56,562 nucleotides of DNA from an uncultured Nitrospirales bacterium. Its GTDB lineage: Bacteria; UBA10199; JADGCS01. The stretch covers positions 1-56,562 of the forward strand of contig CAZGMS010000101.1 in NCBI GenBank assembly GCA_964526915.1, read 5' to 3'. The notes under the pieces were generated by a model that saw nothing but the letters and a program-made list of their open reading frames with translations, searched no databases and had not been told where the DNA came from. Position 1 is the first letter of the stretch. Every line of letters begins with the position of its first letter. Below are positions 1 through 9,500 of the stretch, piece after piece. The position numbers were made by a program, and so were the translations under genes.

Positions 1-98
1 TATTTATTCCGTTCCCCGCACACGCGGGGATGAACCGATCACCGGATTCTTTGAGGTCGGACAGCTTTGCCGTGCCCCGCACATGCGGAGTTGAACTG
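1..98 (+). CRISPR. Trailer end of a type I-E-like CRISPR array: partial spacer 1-8, repeat 9-37, 32-nt spacer 38-69, degenerate terminal repeat 70-98
   Basis: The 29-nt repeat CCGTTCCCCGCACACGCGGGGATGAACCG has the I-E pattern (GTTCCCCGC-N4-GCGGGGAT.AACCG palindromic core). The second copy, CCGTGCCCCGCACATGCGGAGTTGAACTG, differs at 5 positions, as expected for a decayed last repeat. The spacer is 32 nt. Only two repeats are visible because the array runs off the window. Confidence 0.85.
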
Positions 99-131
99 AG
101 AGAACTTAGCGAAAAACAGTGCGTGCCTCAC

Positions 132-198
132 TTCAACTCCATGGCCCCCAGCATTTTGATCCCGCTCTTTTCGATGCTGTACGAGGTGAGGGTGTCGC
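132..198. repeat. Copy A of a 67-bp direct repeat; a duplicated 3' end of the minus-strand gene 1519..3333
   Basis: TTCAACTCCATGGCCCCCAGCATTTTGATCCCGCTCTTTTCGATGCTGTACGAGGTGAGGGTGTCGC matches 1523..1589 at 64 of 67 positions. Confidence 0.9.
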
Positions 199-236
199 TT
201 ACCGACCGATTATGACCATTCCTTTTAAGAGTTGCT

Positions 237-297
237 TTATTTTACAAAACTGCCATATTGTAAAATAACGTTAGCTCTTATTTTAGTTTCTAAAATA
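237..297 (+). promoter_or_regulatory. Two operator-like palindromes just upstream of the Fic gene
   Basis: TTATTTTACAA (237-247), a 10-nt spacer, then TTGTAAAATAA (258-268) form perfect 11-bp inverted arms. TATTTTAG (279-286), 3 nt, then CTAAAATA (290-297) form a second palindrome. The fic ATG is at 303. Function is inferred only. Confidence 0.45.
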
Positions 298-302
298 GTC
301 TT

Positions 303-1472
303 ATGAAGAGAAAAAACACCGGAAATTACATTGTGTCAACCGTAGCGGGTGAGACTGTTCGTGCCTTCGTCCCGGACCCTTTGCCACCCCATCCGTTTGT
401 TGTCTGGTCTAATGACCTGATTCAAAAACAGGAAGAAGCGGCGATCGCCTTGGGTCGTCTTGATAGTATGACATCTTTTTTACCTGAGCCATCATTATTT
501 TTATACAGCTATGTCCGGAAAGAGGCAGTTCTCTCCTCACAAATCGAAGGGACTCAATCCTCTTTGTCGGATCTTCTGGCGTTTGAAAATGCTGGGGCTC
601 CGGGACTGCCCGTGGACAGCGATGTTGTTGAAGTCTCAAACTATGTTGCCGCGATGGAACACGGTCTGAAACGGTTGCGTGGAGGATTTCCACTCTGTTT
701 AAGGTTGCTCTGCGAGATTCATGCGATCCTTCTGTCAAAGGGCAGGGGACATGCGAAACAGCCGGGGAGCTTTCGGACTACTCAAAACTGGATCGGTGGA
801 ACTAGGCCGGGCAATGCCACCTATGTTCCTCCTCCTCACCACGTGCTTTCTGATTGTCTCGGAGCCCTTGAAAAATTTTTGCATGATGATCCTGTCAAAA
901 CATCTGTCCTTGAAAAAGCGGCTTTGATTCATGTTCAATTTGAAACGATCCACCCTTTTCTGGATGGGAATGGACGCGTGGGACGCCTGCTCATTGCCTT
1001 GCTCTTGCATTGGCAGGGAGCCCTTAACCAACCACTTTTGTATTTGAGCCTCTATTTTAAAAAAAATCGTCAGGTTTATTACGATCTCTTGCAGAGCGTT
1101 CGTAGCGATGGAGATTGGGAAGCTTGGCTGTCCTTTTTCTTTGAGGGTGTGCGCGAAACAGCAAATCAAGCTGTGGCAACGGCCAAATGCCTCTTGTCAC
1201 TTTATGAAAAAGACAAGCAACGAATTGCCAGCCAAGGTCGGGTAGCCGCTTCTGTTTTACAGGTTCATCATTATTTTCAGGGAGCCCCGTTGAGTTCGCC
1301 CAACATAATAGTTAAAACATTGAAACTCTCTTCCGCGACTGTGAACAAAGCCTTGGACTATTTGCAAGAGACACAAATTCTGCGTGAGGTGACTGGCAGA
1401 CAGAGGGATCGGTTATTCTCATATCATCGGTATTTGAAAATATTGAACGAAGGGACAGAGGGCGCGAGTTAG
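303..1472 (+). CDS. Fic/DOC family protein (class II Fic with an N-terminal inhibitory helix and a C-terminal winged-helix-like tail)
   Basis: The Fic active-site motif HPFLDGNGRVGR lies at 951..986. The inhibitory motif S-S-Q-I-E-G, fitting (S/T)xxxE(G/N), lies at 534..551. The ORF is 389 aa. Confidence 0.9.
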   Translation: MKRKNTGNYIVSTVAGETVRAFVPDPLPPHPFVVWSNDLIQKQEEAAIALGRLDSMTSFLPEPSLFLYSYVRKEAVLSSQIEGTQSSLSDLLAFENAGAPGLPVDSDVVEVSNYVAAMEHGLKRLRGGFPLCLRLLCEIHAILLSKGRGHAKQPGSFRTTQNWIGGTRPGNATYVPPPHHVLSDCLGALEKFLHDDPVKTSVLEKAALIHVQFETIHPFLDGNGRVGRLLIALLLHWQGALNQPLLYLSLYFKKNRQVYYDLLQSVRSDGDWEAWLSFFFEGVRETANQAVATAKCLLSLYEKDKQRIASQGRVAASVLQVHHYFQGAPLSSPNIIVKTLKLSSATVNKALDYLQETQILREVTGRQRDRLFSYHRYLKILNEGTEGAS

Positions 1473-1518
1473 TAGGAGGGGACGATCCAACGGTAGAGAG
1501 GCACGCGAAGTTTACTTT

Positions 1519-3333
1519 CTATTTCAACTCCATGGCCCCCAACATTTTGATCCCGTCCTTTTCGATGCTGTACGAGGTGAGGGTGTCGCCGTACAGTTCC
1601 TTTACCATCTGCAGGGCCTTGACATTATCGTCAACGAGCTTGGCCATTTCGGGCTTGTCTGTGGGGACACTACTGGTCAGCATGCCGGCCATGTAATCGG
1701 CATAAGCGGGGAAATTGAGATACATTTGCAGAAACGCCGTTTTGTTGTCAATTGAACCTGACAAGGTGTTATACAAACCCTTTTTTTCGAGGACGTTGCC
1801 TGCTTGTGCCTGGTTAATGATGCCTTTCAGCGCGTCAGGACTCATGGCTACGAGGACATTTTCGGCTGAAGATGCGATGGCAAATTGGCCGAGGTTGGTG
1901 AGGGTGTAATTTTGGTAGGGTTCATCTGCCAGCTCTGTGGGAGTGGGACCCATGAGTTTTTGCAGGACGTCTTTGAGCGCCGCGCTGTTTTTTGTGCCAA
2001 TCATGACATAGGAATGCTCAAACATTTTCATGACATTGTTGATCATGGCGGCGGGGTCCGCGTTTTGAGGTGCCTCTGGTTTGGCCTGGACCAGTTCAAT
2101 GATCAGGGACAATTCACCGGTGATGTTGGCCAAAATGTCTTTGTCGATATCGACGCCTTTGGCGAAGATGCCCGCCAAAACACTGCTCTTTTGGGCAGAC
2201 AGGGCTGGATACAAAGCAACAATTTTTGTGACCATCTGCCAGAGCGCGCGTGCGTTGAGACTGAAAGTGTAGGTGGCTGATTGCGAGGCCAGTTTTGAAT
2301 ATTGTGGAGTCAGGGTCTGGTCGATCGTGGTGAGGGCTTCACCAATCGGACCAAAGCGGGTGGGATCCCAGACCAGATTCGAGACAAATGTGCCCACATT
2401 TCCTTGTGTGCCCATCGAAAAATTCAAATACTGTAGCGCATTGAGAAATTGATCATGTGGGGAGAGGGGGGCTTTGGGATCCTGTTTTGTTTGTTTGAAC
2501 ATGTTTTCCAGATTGGCAAAGAAGAGGGTCTCAGTATTTTGGGCCAGAGTGGTTTTGGTCTTTTGGTACAAGGGGGCCTGGGCCAGATCGTTCGTTCCCT
2601 TGTCGAGCCGATTCAGTACCGTGGTCATGTCACGATCATTCGTGGCGAAAACGAGCAGTTCGTTCCAAAAGGACCACTGCAGCTTGAGTCCGGGATGGGC
2701 CTTGGATTGCAGGAAGGACACATCATGGTCGGCAATTTGCCCCTTGCCGGCTGTGAATTCTTCCTGATTCTGAAAGGACGACAAGGCCTGACTGATGATG
2801 GCGGCCACGCTGGCCTTGGGACCCAGGTTCAACAGAGCGGCCAGGCCAAAGGGGGCTGAGCCATCAGGGGAAGTTGTTTTGACGGCCGAAAGAAGGGATT
2901 GATCTTCTTGGAGAGGCCATAACATCAAAGACATGCCTTGCGGATCGAGGGTGTTGAAGAGCTTGGGATCCCAAATGATTCCGTAAGATTTGTTGATTTC
3001 ATCCAGAAATTTTTTTGTAGCTGGGTTTTTTTGAAAATTCTGGTAGGTTTTTTTGCTGAGCGCGTACAATTTGCCTTGTGTGTCGGGTTGAAAGGCAAAA
3101 AAAACCTTGGTGTTGACGGGGGCCGCTATTTCAGAAAGGTTGATAAAAGTCTTATCTGTCGTCAATGACGGGACAGGCCGGTGGAAATAATAGTAGTAGG
3201 CGAAGGCCGCGAAGGCCAGGAGCACGAGAATGACTAAAGTTGGTATCCAGACCCATTTGCTGTGACAGGGGCAACAGGGTTTATCGGTCGTTGTGTTATC
3301 CTGCGGTGAGGGTTGGTTTTGATCTTGGGTCAT
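1519..3333 (-). CDS. Hypothetical membrane-anchored protein (single N-terminal TM helix, large extracytoplasmic domain)
   Basis: Long ORF. I place the start at ATG 3333 (MTQDQNQ...) because AAGGA lies 5 nt upstream. The hydrophobic stretch WVWIPTLVILVLLAFAAFAYYYYF looks like a TM helix. No catalytic motif was recognised. Confidence 0.65.
   Translation of the reverse strand: MTQDQNQPSPQDNTTTDKPCCPCHSKWVWIPTLVILVLLAFAAFAYYYYFHRPVPSLTTDKTFINLSEIAAPVNTKVFFAFQPDTQGKLYALSKKTYQNFQKNPATKKFLDEINKSYGIIWDPKLFNTLDPQGMSLMLWPLQEDQSLLSAVKTTSPDGSAPFGLAALLNLGPKASVAAIISQALSSFQNQEEFTAGKGQIADHDVSFLQSKAHPGLKLQWSFWNELLVFATNDRDMTTVLNRLDKGTNDLAQAPLYQKTKTTLAQNTETLFFANLENMFKQTKQDPKAPLSPHDQFLNALQYLNFSMGTQGNVGTFVSNLVWDPTRFGPIGEALTTIDQTLTPQYSKLASQSATYTFSLNARALWQMVTKIVALYPALSAQKSSVLAGIFAKGVDIDKDILANITGELSLIIELVQAKPEAPQNADPAAMINNVMKMFEHSYVMIGTKNSAALKDVLQKLMGPTPTELADEPYQNYTLTNLGQFAIASSAENVLVAMSPDALKGIINQAQAGNVLEKKGLYNTLSGSIDNKTAFLQMYLNFPAYADYMAGMLTSSVPTDKPEMAKLVDDNVKALQMVKELYGDTLTSYSIEKDGIKMLGAMELK
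1523..1589. repeat. Copy B of the 67-bp direct repeat; the functional 3' end of gene 1519..3333
   Basis: See 132..198. Here the repeat encodes the last ~22 codons (DTLTSYSIEKDGIKMLGAMELK). Confidence 0.9.
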
Positions 3334-3434
3334 AAAAATCCTTTCGGGTTTGGTCGGTATGAGCGCAACAAACAATTAAAGAAGCCGTAAATAATATTGT
3401 TACTGTCTTTGCGCAAGCCGAATGTTGGCGATCC

Positions 3435-3466
3435 TCGTTCCTTCGTCCTATCGTCCTTTCGTCTCC
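3435..3466. repeat. Four tandem 8-bp units (TCGTTCCT TCGTCCTA TCGTCCTT TCGTCTCC) between the S41 peptidase stop and the next gene's start
   Basis: Read directly. On the minus strand the units read GGAGACGA AAGGACGA TAGGACGA AGGAACGA. Confidence 0.6.
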
Positions 3467-3468
3467 CT

Positions 3469-4914
3469 TTACCTGTACCCCGACGTCTGTCGGCGGGCGG
3501 GGTCGGCGAAAAGAGCGTCATCAAAAGTTTGTCGTCGGCTGTTGAGTTTTTCCAACTCTATGGCGATCCTGAATTGCTTTTCGATGTGACTTTTGGCCGC
3601 CGTGAGCAGGGTGTCTTGCCCCCGTTGCAGGTCTTTGAGCGTTTGTCGCAGGGGCACGTCGGGTGAGATACCCACACCCTCAACCAGCGAACCGTCCGCA
3701 AGCACAACGGGCCAATTGGTGTAACAAAAGGGGACCTTGCTGGGAAGTCTGGCACAGGAGTATGTCCCGCCCGCACCAGCGGTTGTCTGACCGATGATCC
3801 TGCCACGCCCTGTCATTTTAAAAGCGGCCGAAAACATGTCACACGCTGAGCGGCAATAGGAATTGGTGAGTAGTACCACGGGGCCGCCGTACATGTAGAG
3901 ATCGGGGTACGTGGTGTAGTTCATGGAGAGACGCAGTTTGGATTTGTTCTGTACAATGCAGTTTCGCGATTTGGGATGGCAGGTTTGCCTGAGCAAGGTT
4001 TGATCTGGCATAAAAAAACTGGCCATGCGGCACACCTCGTCGCCATAGCCGCCGTTTGTATTCCTGAGATCGATGACAATTCCCTTGGTCTGGCGCTGAG
4101 ACAGGCCTCGTAAATGATTCCTGAACTGTGAGGACACAGAAGGTTCCTGGCCCTTTTTGTGTTTGAAACCGGTGACCTTGATGTAACCTACGTTTCCGGG
4201 AAGCGTTGTGGACTGGACAAGCGGGCGGCTTGATTCCCATCGCCAAAAGGAACGCTCGGTCAGTTCAACCCCTGCGGGGACGCTGAGAAAGATGTCTTTT
4301 TCTTTTCGCTGTTGGTCAAAAAAAGTGAACGTCTGTGGCGTGTACGTTTTTTTACTTGTGCCCGGAACTGTGGCGAGGAGATCTGTGCTGTACGCCCGGA
4401 TCCATTGAGGTGATCCCATGAGGTGCTTTTGGAAATCGTTGAGCACCTGCGCTACGGGCTGGTGTTGGACCCTGGTCAGTTCAAAACCTTTTCTGATGCC
4501 GGATCGGTAGGCGGGTGAGTTGACGCTGACCTCAGAGACAATGTATTTGTTTTCGATCTCATTGATCACAAAACCGGGATTAAAACGCTCTGGCAGGGTG
4601 GGGTTGATGATCAAACAGTGACTGTCGCGCAATTCCTGCAGAATGTTGGTCAACAATTCGTAGTGTTTTTGATCGGTCGTGTGACTCCGTACCAAGGGGA
4701 TGTACTTTTCCCTGAGGGCGTCCCAGTCCACTCTTTTGAGCCATGTGTAGGCGTAGTTTTGTTCGAGTGTGTTGAGAAGGAATTTGACATCGTGCAGGCG
4801 GGCCTTGTCTGTGAGGGCCTGTGCGGGTGACACGCACAACAGACAGAAAAAAATAAAAGACAGAGAAAATGAAACGAAGCTTGGGTGTCTCACAGTTACG
4901 GACGTGCCTAGCAC
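3469..4914 (-). CDS. S41-family (tail-specific/C-terminal processing-like) serine peptidase, secreted
   Basis: N-terminal signal-like segment FVSFSLSFIFFCLLCVSPAQA. S41-like blocks DLRNTNGGYGDE and LTNSYCRSACDMFSAAFK. The start codon is uncertain (GTG at 4914 or an internal GTG). Confidence 0.7.
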   Translation of the reverse strand: MLGTSVTVRHPSFVSFSLSFIFFCLLCVSPAQALTDKARLHDVKFLLNTLEQNYAYTWLKRVDWDALREKYIPLVRSHTTDQKHYELLTNILQELRDSHCLIINPTLPERFNPGFVINEIENKYIVSEVSVNSPAYRSGIRKGFELTRVQHQPVAQVLNDFQKHLMGSPQWIRAYSTDLLATVPGTSKKTYTPQTFTFFDQQRKEKDIFLSVPAGVELTERSFWRWESSRPLVQSTTLPGNVGYIKVTGFKHKKGQEPSVSSQFRNHLRGLSQRQTKGIVIDLRNTNGGYGDEVCRMASFFMPDQTLLRQTCHPKSRNCIVQNKSKLRLSMNYTTYPDLYMYGGPVVLLTNSYCRSACDMFSAAFKMTGRGRIIGQTTAGAGGTYSCARLPSKVPFCYTNWPVVLADGSLVEGVGISPDVPLRQTLKDLQRGQDTLLTAAKSHIEKQFRIAIELEKLNSRRQTFDDALFADPARRQTSGYR

Positions 4915-4952
4915 ATCATTTTATGTCTGTCGAGAGAGACAAGCTCAAAGCC

Positions 4953-6557
4953 TCAACATTTGGTGCACAGACGAGGAATGACCAATGTGTACAGGAAAAT
5001 CAAAATTAAAACAAAGGGCGAAATCTGTTGTTTGGGATTGTTGTTAATGTTCTGTGCCAGTGAGTACCCACAGCCCCCGTTCGTCCCTCTTAATTCATAC
5101 GATCCACCGGGCGCGGTGACCAAGAGTGAAACGCGGTATACATCATGGGCACCCTTGGTTGTGTAGAGTTCGTTCACTCCGTTATTGTTCAAGTCCCCCA
5201 GCAGAAAGTCTCCTCCAATCTGGTCATTCGCACTTTCTCCGAGGACGGTGAGCAGGGTGGTGTCCGAAGTTATCGAAACGGAACTTGGCCAAGTCATTCT
5301 GCCAAAGATAACAAAGACGGCACCCGTCAGGTTGTCTCCGTAATCGGGTGCCCCCACAATGATGTCTTCAATCCCGTCACCGGTAACATCACCGATCGTT
5401 AACATCTTCCCAAAACCATCGAGCACCTCGCCATCTGTGATCATGACATCTGCATCCTCCTCAGAGAGGTCTGTGCCCATTTCGATGGGGCCAAAAAAGA
5501 GACTGATGGTGCCATCAGACGATGCCAAGGCCAGATCATCTTCATCGTCGTGATTGATATCGCCCAGAGCGGCGGCTTGATAAAGGTCATCGCCAATGAT
5601 GGCATCAATGTTGGCCTCATCAATATCAATCTCCTCTTCGAAGTCAGTCTCGCCCGACAAGAGGAAGCCGTGTTGACTCATGTTGGCCTCTTGAGGGGCA
5701 TCATGTCGTTGCAGATTGGCGTTAAGGGATTTGTGATCCGGTCCCAGAAAAAGGTCATCGGGCACGGCCGAGATGTAATTGTTTACAAATACAGAGGTGG
5801 CACAGTAACCATCACTGCCAGACACCGTTCCAATCAAATCAAAATGGGAATCATAAATATAAATCTCACCTTGGTCATCCTCTCCCGCATCCGGTGCCAC
5901 AACAAAAATCTCATCCACATCGTCCCCGTTGATGTCGCCTGTGGCCGCATAGGTGCCCAGATGATCGTTTTCCTCAGCCCCCAAAACGACTTCAAATTCG
6001 TCCAGACTATCCTCTGTGCTCAAATCAATATCGCCGGACAATGAATCAAGGGGTGTTTTTGAGAAATAGACCTTTCCCCGCCCATCGTTGGCGCTGGGGG
6101 TTCCGATCACGAGTGTGCCCTCTTTGGTGATGGCCAGGGCATAGCCCAAGTCTTCATCTGCCACGTCGCTTTGTACCATCCTGATCTCGGCGCTGTTATA
6201 GCTGAGGATGATGTCATCTTCATTTCGGGTTTCGTATATCCCTGTCCCATTGTGAATCATGACCAAGGGCTGATCCAGGGTTGCCCCCAACGTATCGAGT
6301 GCGATCACATGGACGGTCACCTCACTGCTGGCACTTTCGTTGTTGATATCTGTGACAGTCAGTTTTGCCACGACATCACCTTGGCTGTAATACGTCGTGA
6401 GTGTTGGGGCTTGCGCAGTAGAATCCGAAAAGGTGGCATAGCCTGATTCGATGGACCAGCTGTAGATAAGGTCCTCTCCTGCTGAGTCGGTGCCATCAAG
6501 GGCGACTTTGCTGTTGATGACAACCGTCTGGTCGGGTCCCGCATTGGCGACGGGTGA
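4953..6557 (-). CDS. PKD domain plus FG-GAP/VCBS-type repeat segment with a C-terminal hydrophobic anchor; an in-frame continuation of the upstream gene after a TGA
   Basis: Codons right after the TGA at 6558-6560 read SPVANAGPDQTVVINSKVALDGTDS...YSWSIESG...AKLTVTDINNES, which is PKD-like. Repeats such as GDINGDDVDEIFVVAPDAG and GDVTGDGIEDIIVGAPDYG follow. The C-terminus is GGCGYS...ISPFVLILIFLYTLVIPRL. No signal peptide or RBS of its own is present, and the GTG start suggested by the ORF track falls inside the PKD domain. Confidence 0.6.
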   Translation of the reverse strand, partial: SPVANAGPDQTVVINSKVALDGTDSAGEDLIYSWSIESGYATFSDSTAQAPTLTTYYSQGDVVAKLTVTDINNESASSEVTVHVIALDTLGATLDQPLVMIHNGTGIYETRNEDDIILSYNSAEIRMVQSDVADEDLGYALAITKEGTLVIGTPSANDGRGKVYFSKTPLDSLSGDIDLSTEDSLDEFEVVLGAEENDHLGTYAATGDINGDDVDEIFVVAPDAGEDDQGEIYIYDSHFDLIGTVSGSDGYCATSVFVNNYISAVPDDLFLGPDHKSLNANLQRHDAPQEANMSQHGFLLSGETDFEEEIDIDEANIDAIIGDDLYQAAALGDINHDDEDDLALASSDGTISLFFGPIEMGTDLSEEDADVMITDGEVLDGFGKMLTIGDVTGDGIEDIIVGAPDYGDNLTGAVFVIFGRMTWPSSVSITSDTTLLTVLGESANDQIGGDFLLGDLNNNGVNELYTTKGAHDVYRVSLLVTAPGGSYELRGTNGGCGYSLAQNINNNPKQQISPFVLILIFLYTLVIPRLCTKC

Positions 6558-9500
6558 TCACGTTGCGGAGGCCGCTGACAGCCTGACCACCACATCATCA
6601 ACGGCAAGGTCATCGTAATCAGGATCCGAGCTTGTTGCCGCGTGTTGGATGAACACACTTGTTTCGGCGGGAATATTTTCGGCGGTTGTCACCGTCACGG
6701 TTTGGGGAACATTCCAGTTTGTGGTTGTCCATACGAGCGAAGAGGGGTTTGTCTGCACGATATCATCCGGCAGGATGGTGATGGTAACGTTATTTGCGGG
6801 TTTGGTGTCGAGGACCAGGGTGTAGGTGTCTTCTGTGTCAGTGGCTACGGACGTGGTGTCATCTGTCTCCGTGAGGGACACACCGGCGGAATCATTGTCG
6901 GTGATGTTCGTGGTGATGTTCTCAACGGGCACTGTGGTGTAGGTGGGGTCTGCTGTTTGAACGACTGCCGTGATGGTGCTTTCGTGATCGCCTTCCACGC
7001 TGTCATCGTTTACAGCCGCTACCGTGACAGTTTGAACCGTGTTCCAGTTGACCGGAGTGAACGTGAGTGTAATGCTTGTGCTGGTGCTCGCTGTTTTTGT
7101 GGCTGACGACAATGTCAATTGGTTTGCATCGAAAGTGAATTTGATTTTGACGTTAACTTCAGGTTTAGAATCGAGGACAACCGTGTAGGTATCGGTTTCC
7201 GCTCCTTCTGTGACAGCGGTGGTGCCGCCTGTCTCGGTGACGGTGATTCCCCAATCACGCGTGATTGTGTAATTCACATCATCTGATTCATTCAGAGACA
7301 GGTCTTGTGTGGTGAATACGAAATTGTTGCTTCCAGCAACTATCGGAAAATCGTCTATGGTCCAGGTGGTCAACGCATTATTGGCAACCCATTCAATGCC
7401 ATCAACCCACAGACTTGTGTAGGCAGGCTTGGTCCCCGTCAGCGTCGGCGTGGCAGAACTCACAGCAGAACCATTGGGTGGCGATGTGATGGTGGGTGGA
7501 CCTGGTTCCTCCTCGTCATCAACAACCAACACCAGTGGCGTGACTGTTCGGGATGTGCTGTGATTCGCGTTGGTGACTGCGGCGGAAACCCTCGCACCGG
7601 AAGGGATGGCGGCATGGATAGACCAGTTCCCATCATCATCGGATGTGCCAGAGGCCACGTAAAGGCCGTTGGCATAAAGATCGATATCACCATTGGCAAT
7701 GGCCGTGCCCTCTACAAACGAGGTCGTGGCGGTGAGGGCTGTGATGGTTGGGTCGGCAATGGCTTCGTTGCCATCGCCATTACGCGCGGAGTTGAAAGTG
7801 GTATCAGTTTCTGTCACACAATCATTGCCACGAAATTCATTGAAATCGCCCGCCGTGTTTTCTACCAAAAAACAAGCGGTGCCTTCGGCCGTGACAATGA
7901 TATTGGGCGCATCATCTGTGATGCCATTGATCGTGTTGGAGGCTGACCCGTTGGCCACGTATATCCCGTTGCCTGCATTTGTCCTGATGAGTGGCCCCTC
8001 GCCTCCATAAGCAAAACCAATGTAGTTGTTTAAAATCGTGGTGTCCTCGACATTGTCGAGATAAATTCCAGACACGCCATTGCTGGCGATGATGTTTTTC
8101 GCGGTGACATCGTCAGAGGATCCAATGAGGGTTTGATCAGCCTGCCAGACCTGAATGCCATCACCGCCATTGCCCAACGCCGTGGTGCCGTCAGCGGCCA
8201 AACCAACAATGTTTGCCTGAACAGAGTTGCCTGTAGTCGTTGCTCCTTCCAGTCGAATTCCGTCATCAGTGTTCCCCGAGATCACGTTTCCATAACCGGG
8301 AAGGCCGATGAAGTTGTCTTGTGCGCCGTTGACGATGTAAACACCGATGGTCCCGTTTGGAATGGCCGCTGTTCCCTCTGCGTTCGTGCCGATGTAGTTA
8401 TTCTCGATGAAATTGCCTGACCCGCCTCCCCAACCGGAATTGATATCGATACCCGCCAATGTGTTTCCCGATATGATATTTCGAGCCGCATCGACTGTTC
8501 CGCCGATCAGATTGTCCGAACTCGCAAGAATCCATATGCCCTGTGTCCCGTTTGGAATGGCCACAGTTCCGGTGGGATTGGTGCCAATATAGTTACCCTG
8601 CACTGTCGAACTGCCACCTTGAAGCAAAACTCCAGCACCGCCGTTTCCAGAAATTACGTTGCCAGCGCCCGCTACGGTGCCGCCGAGCAATATCGAGTTG
8701 TTGGTTCTAATTCCCTCAGAACCGTTTGGTAGCGCGGCTGATCCATCCGCTGTGACGCCAAGATAATTGCCTTGTACAATAGCATTGATTGATGTGCCGT
8801 CATTGGCAATCCCGCAACTCCCGTTACCGGAGATCACGTTGCCTTCACCAGCGGCAGAACCCCCGATCGTGATGTTTTCAGTGTCTCCCTCTGTCAAAAT
8901 CCCCCATTCTGTGTTACCCAGATCATCAAAACCGGTAGCCGTTCCAATATAATTCCCCTTGATCGTGATGTCTGAAGACGCCCCGATGCGCATCCCCGCA
9001 CCGTTATTGACAATGATGTTTCTTTGATTGGCCGCCGCACCTCCGATGATGATGTGCGAACTTCCGATGCTACCGAGACCTGCTGTTCCATTGCCTGCTG
9101 TCAATCCGATCACGTTATTATAAATGGTGACGTTTTCTGTGTATTCATTGTTGATCCCGCTGAACGTACAATTATCCATCGTGTTGCCGTCGCGATCCCC
9201 CACACCCCCAACCATCATGTCTGTGCTGGAACCACCAACAATAAAACACTGAAACCCGCCAGAAATGGCAATGCCCTTCATGACATTGCCACTGCCCGAA
9301 GAAAAAATCACCGTGCCGTAAAAATCGGGGTCGCCCACAATCGTGATGTCGGGGCCGGGTTGCACATCGTTGGCCGTTGTGCCATCAAGAATGACCGAGC
9401 CAGGTTCCGGCAAAGTGGTGAGCAGTGTGATCTCACCGCCACTGACAGCGACATCAAAATTGATTGTATCCAAACCGGGAAGGGCATTGGCATCGATGAT

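Noticed and set aside
215-1472. Fic as part of a two-gene toxin-antitoxin pair.
   Set aside because: No small companion ORF with an RBS lies on either side. The inhibitory (S/T)xxxE(G/N) motif is inside the Fic protein itself (534..551), which indicates an autoinhibited class II enzyme.
6555-6560. Alternative genetic code (TGA as Trp or Gly) or selenocysteine as the explanation for the in-frame TGA in the surface protein.
   Set aside because: TGA clearly terminates other genes here: rpsB at 21577-21579, the giant gene at 13861-13863, and the MlaC-like gene. The conserved genes contain no internal TGA. I saw only a weak 4-bp stem downstream (CCCG...CGGG), nothing like a SECIS hairpin, and a Sec residue in an adhesin linker has no precedent that I know of.
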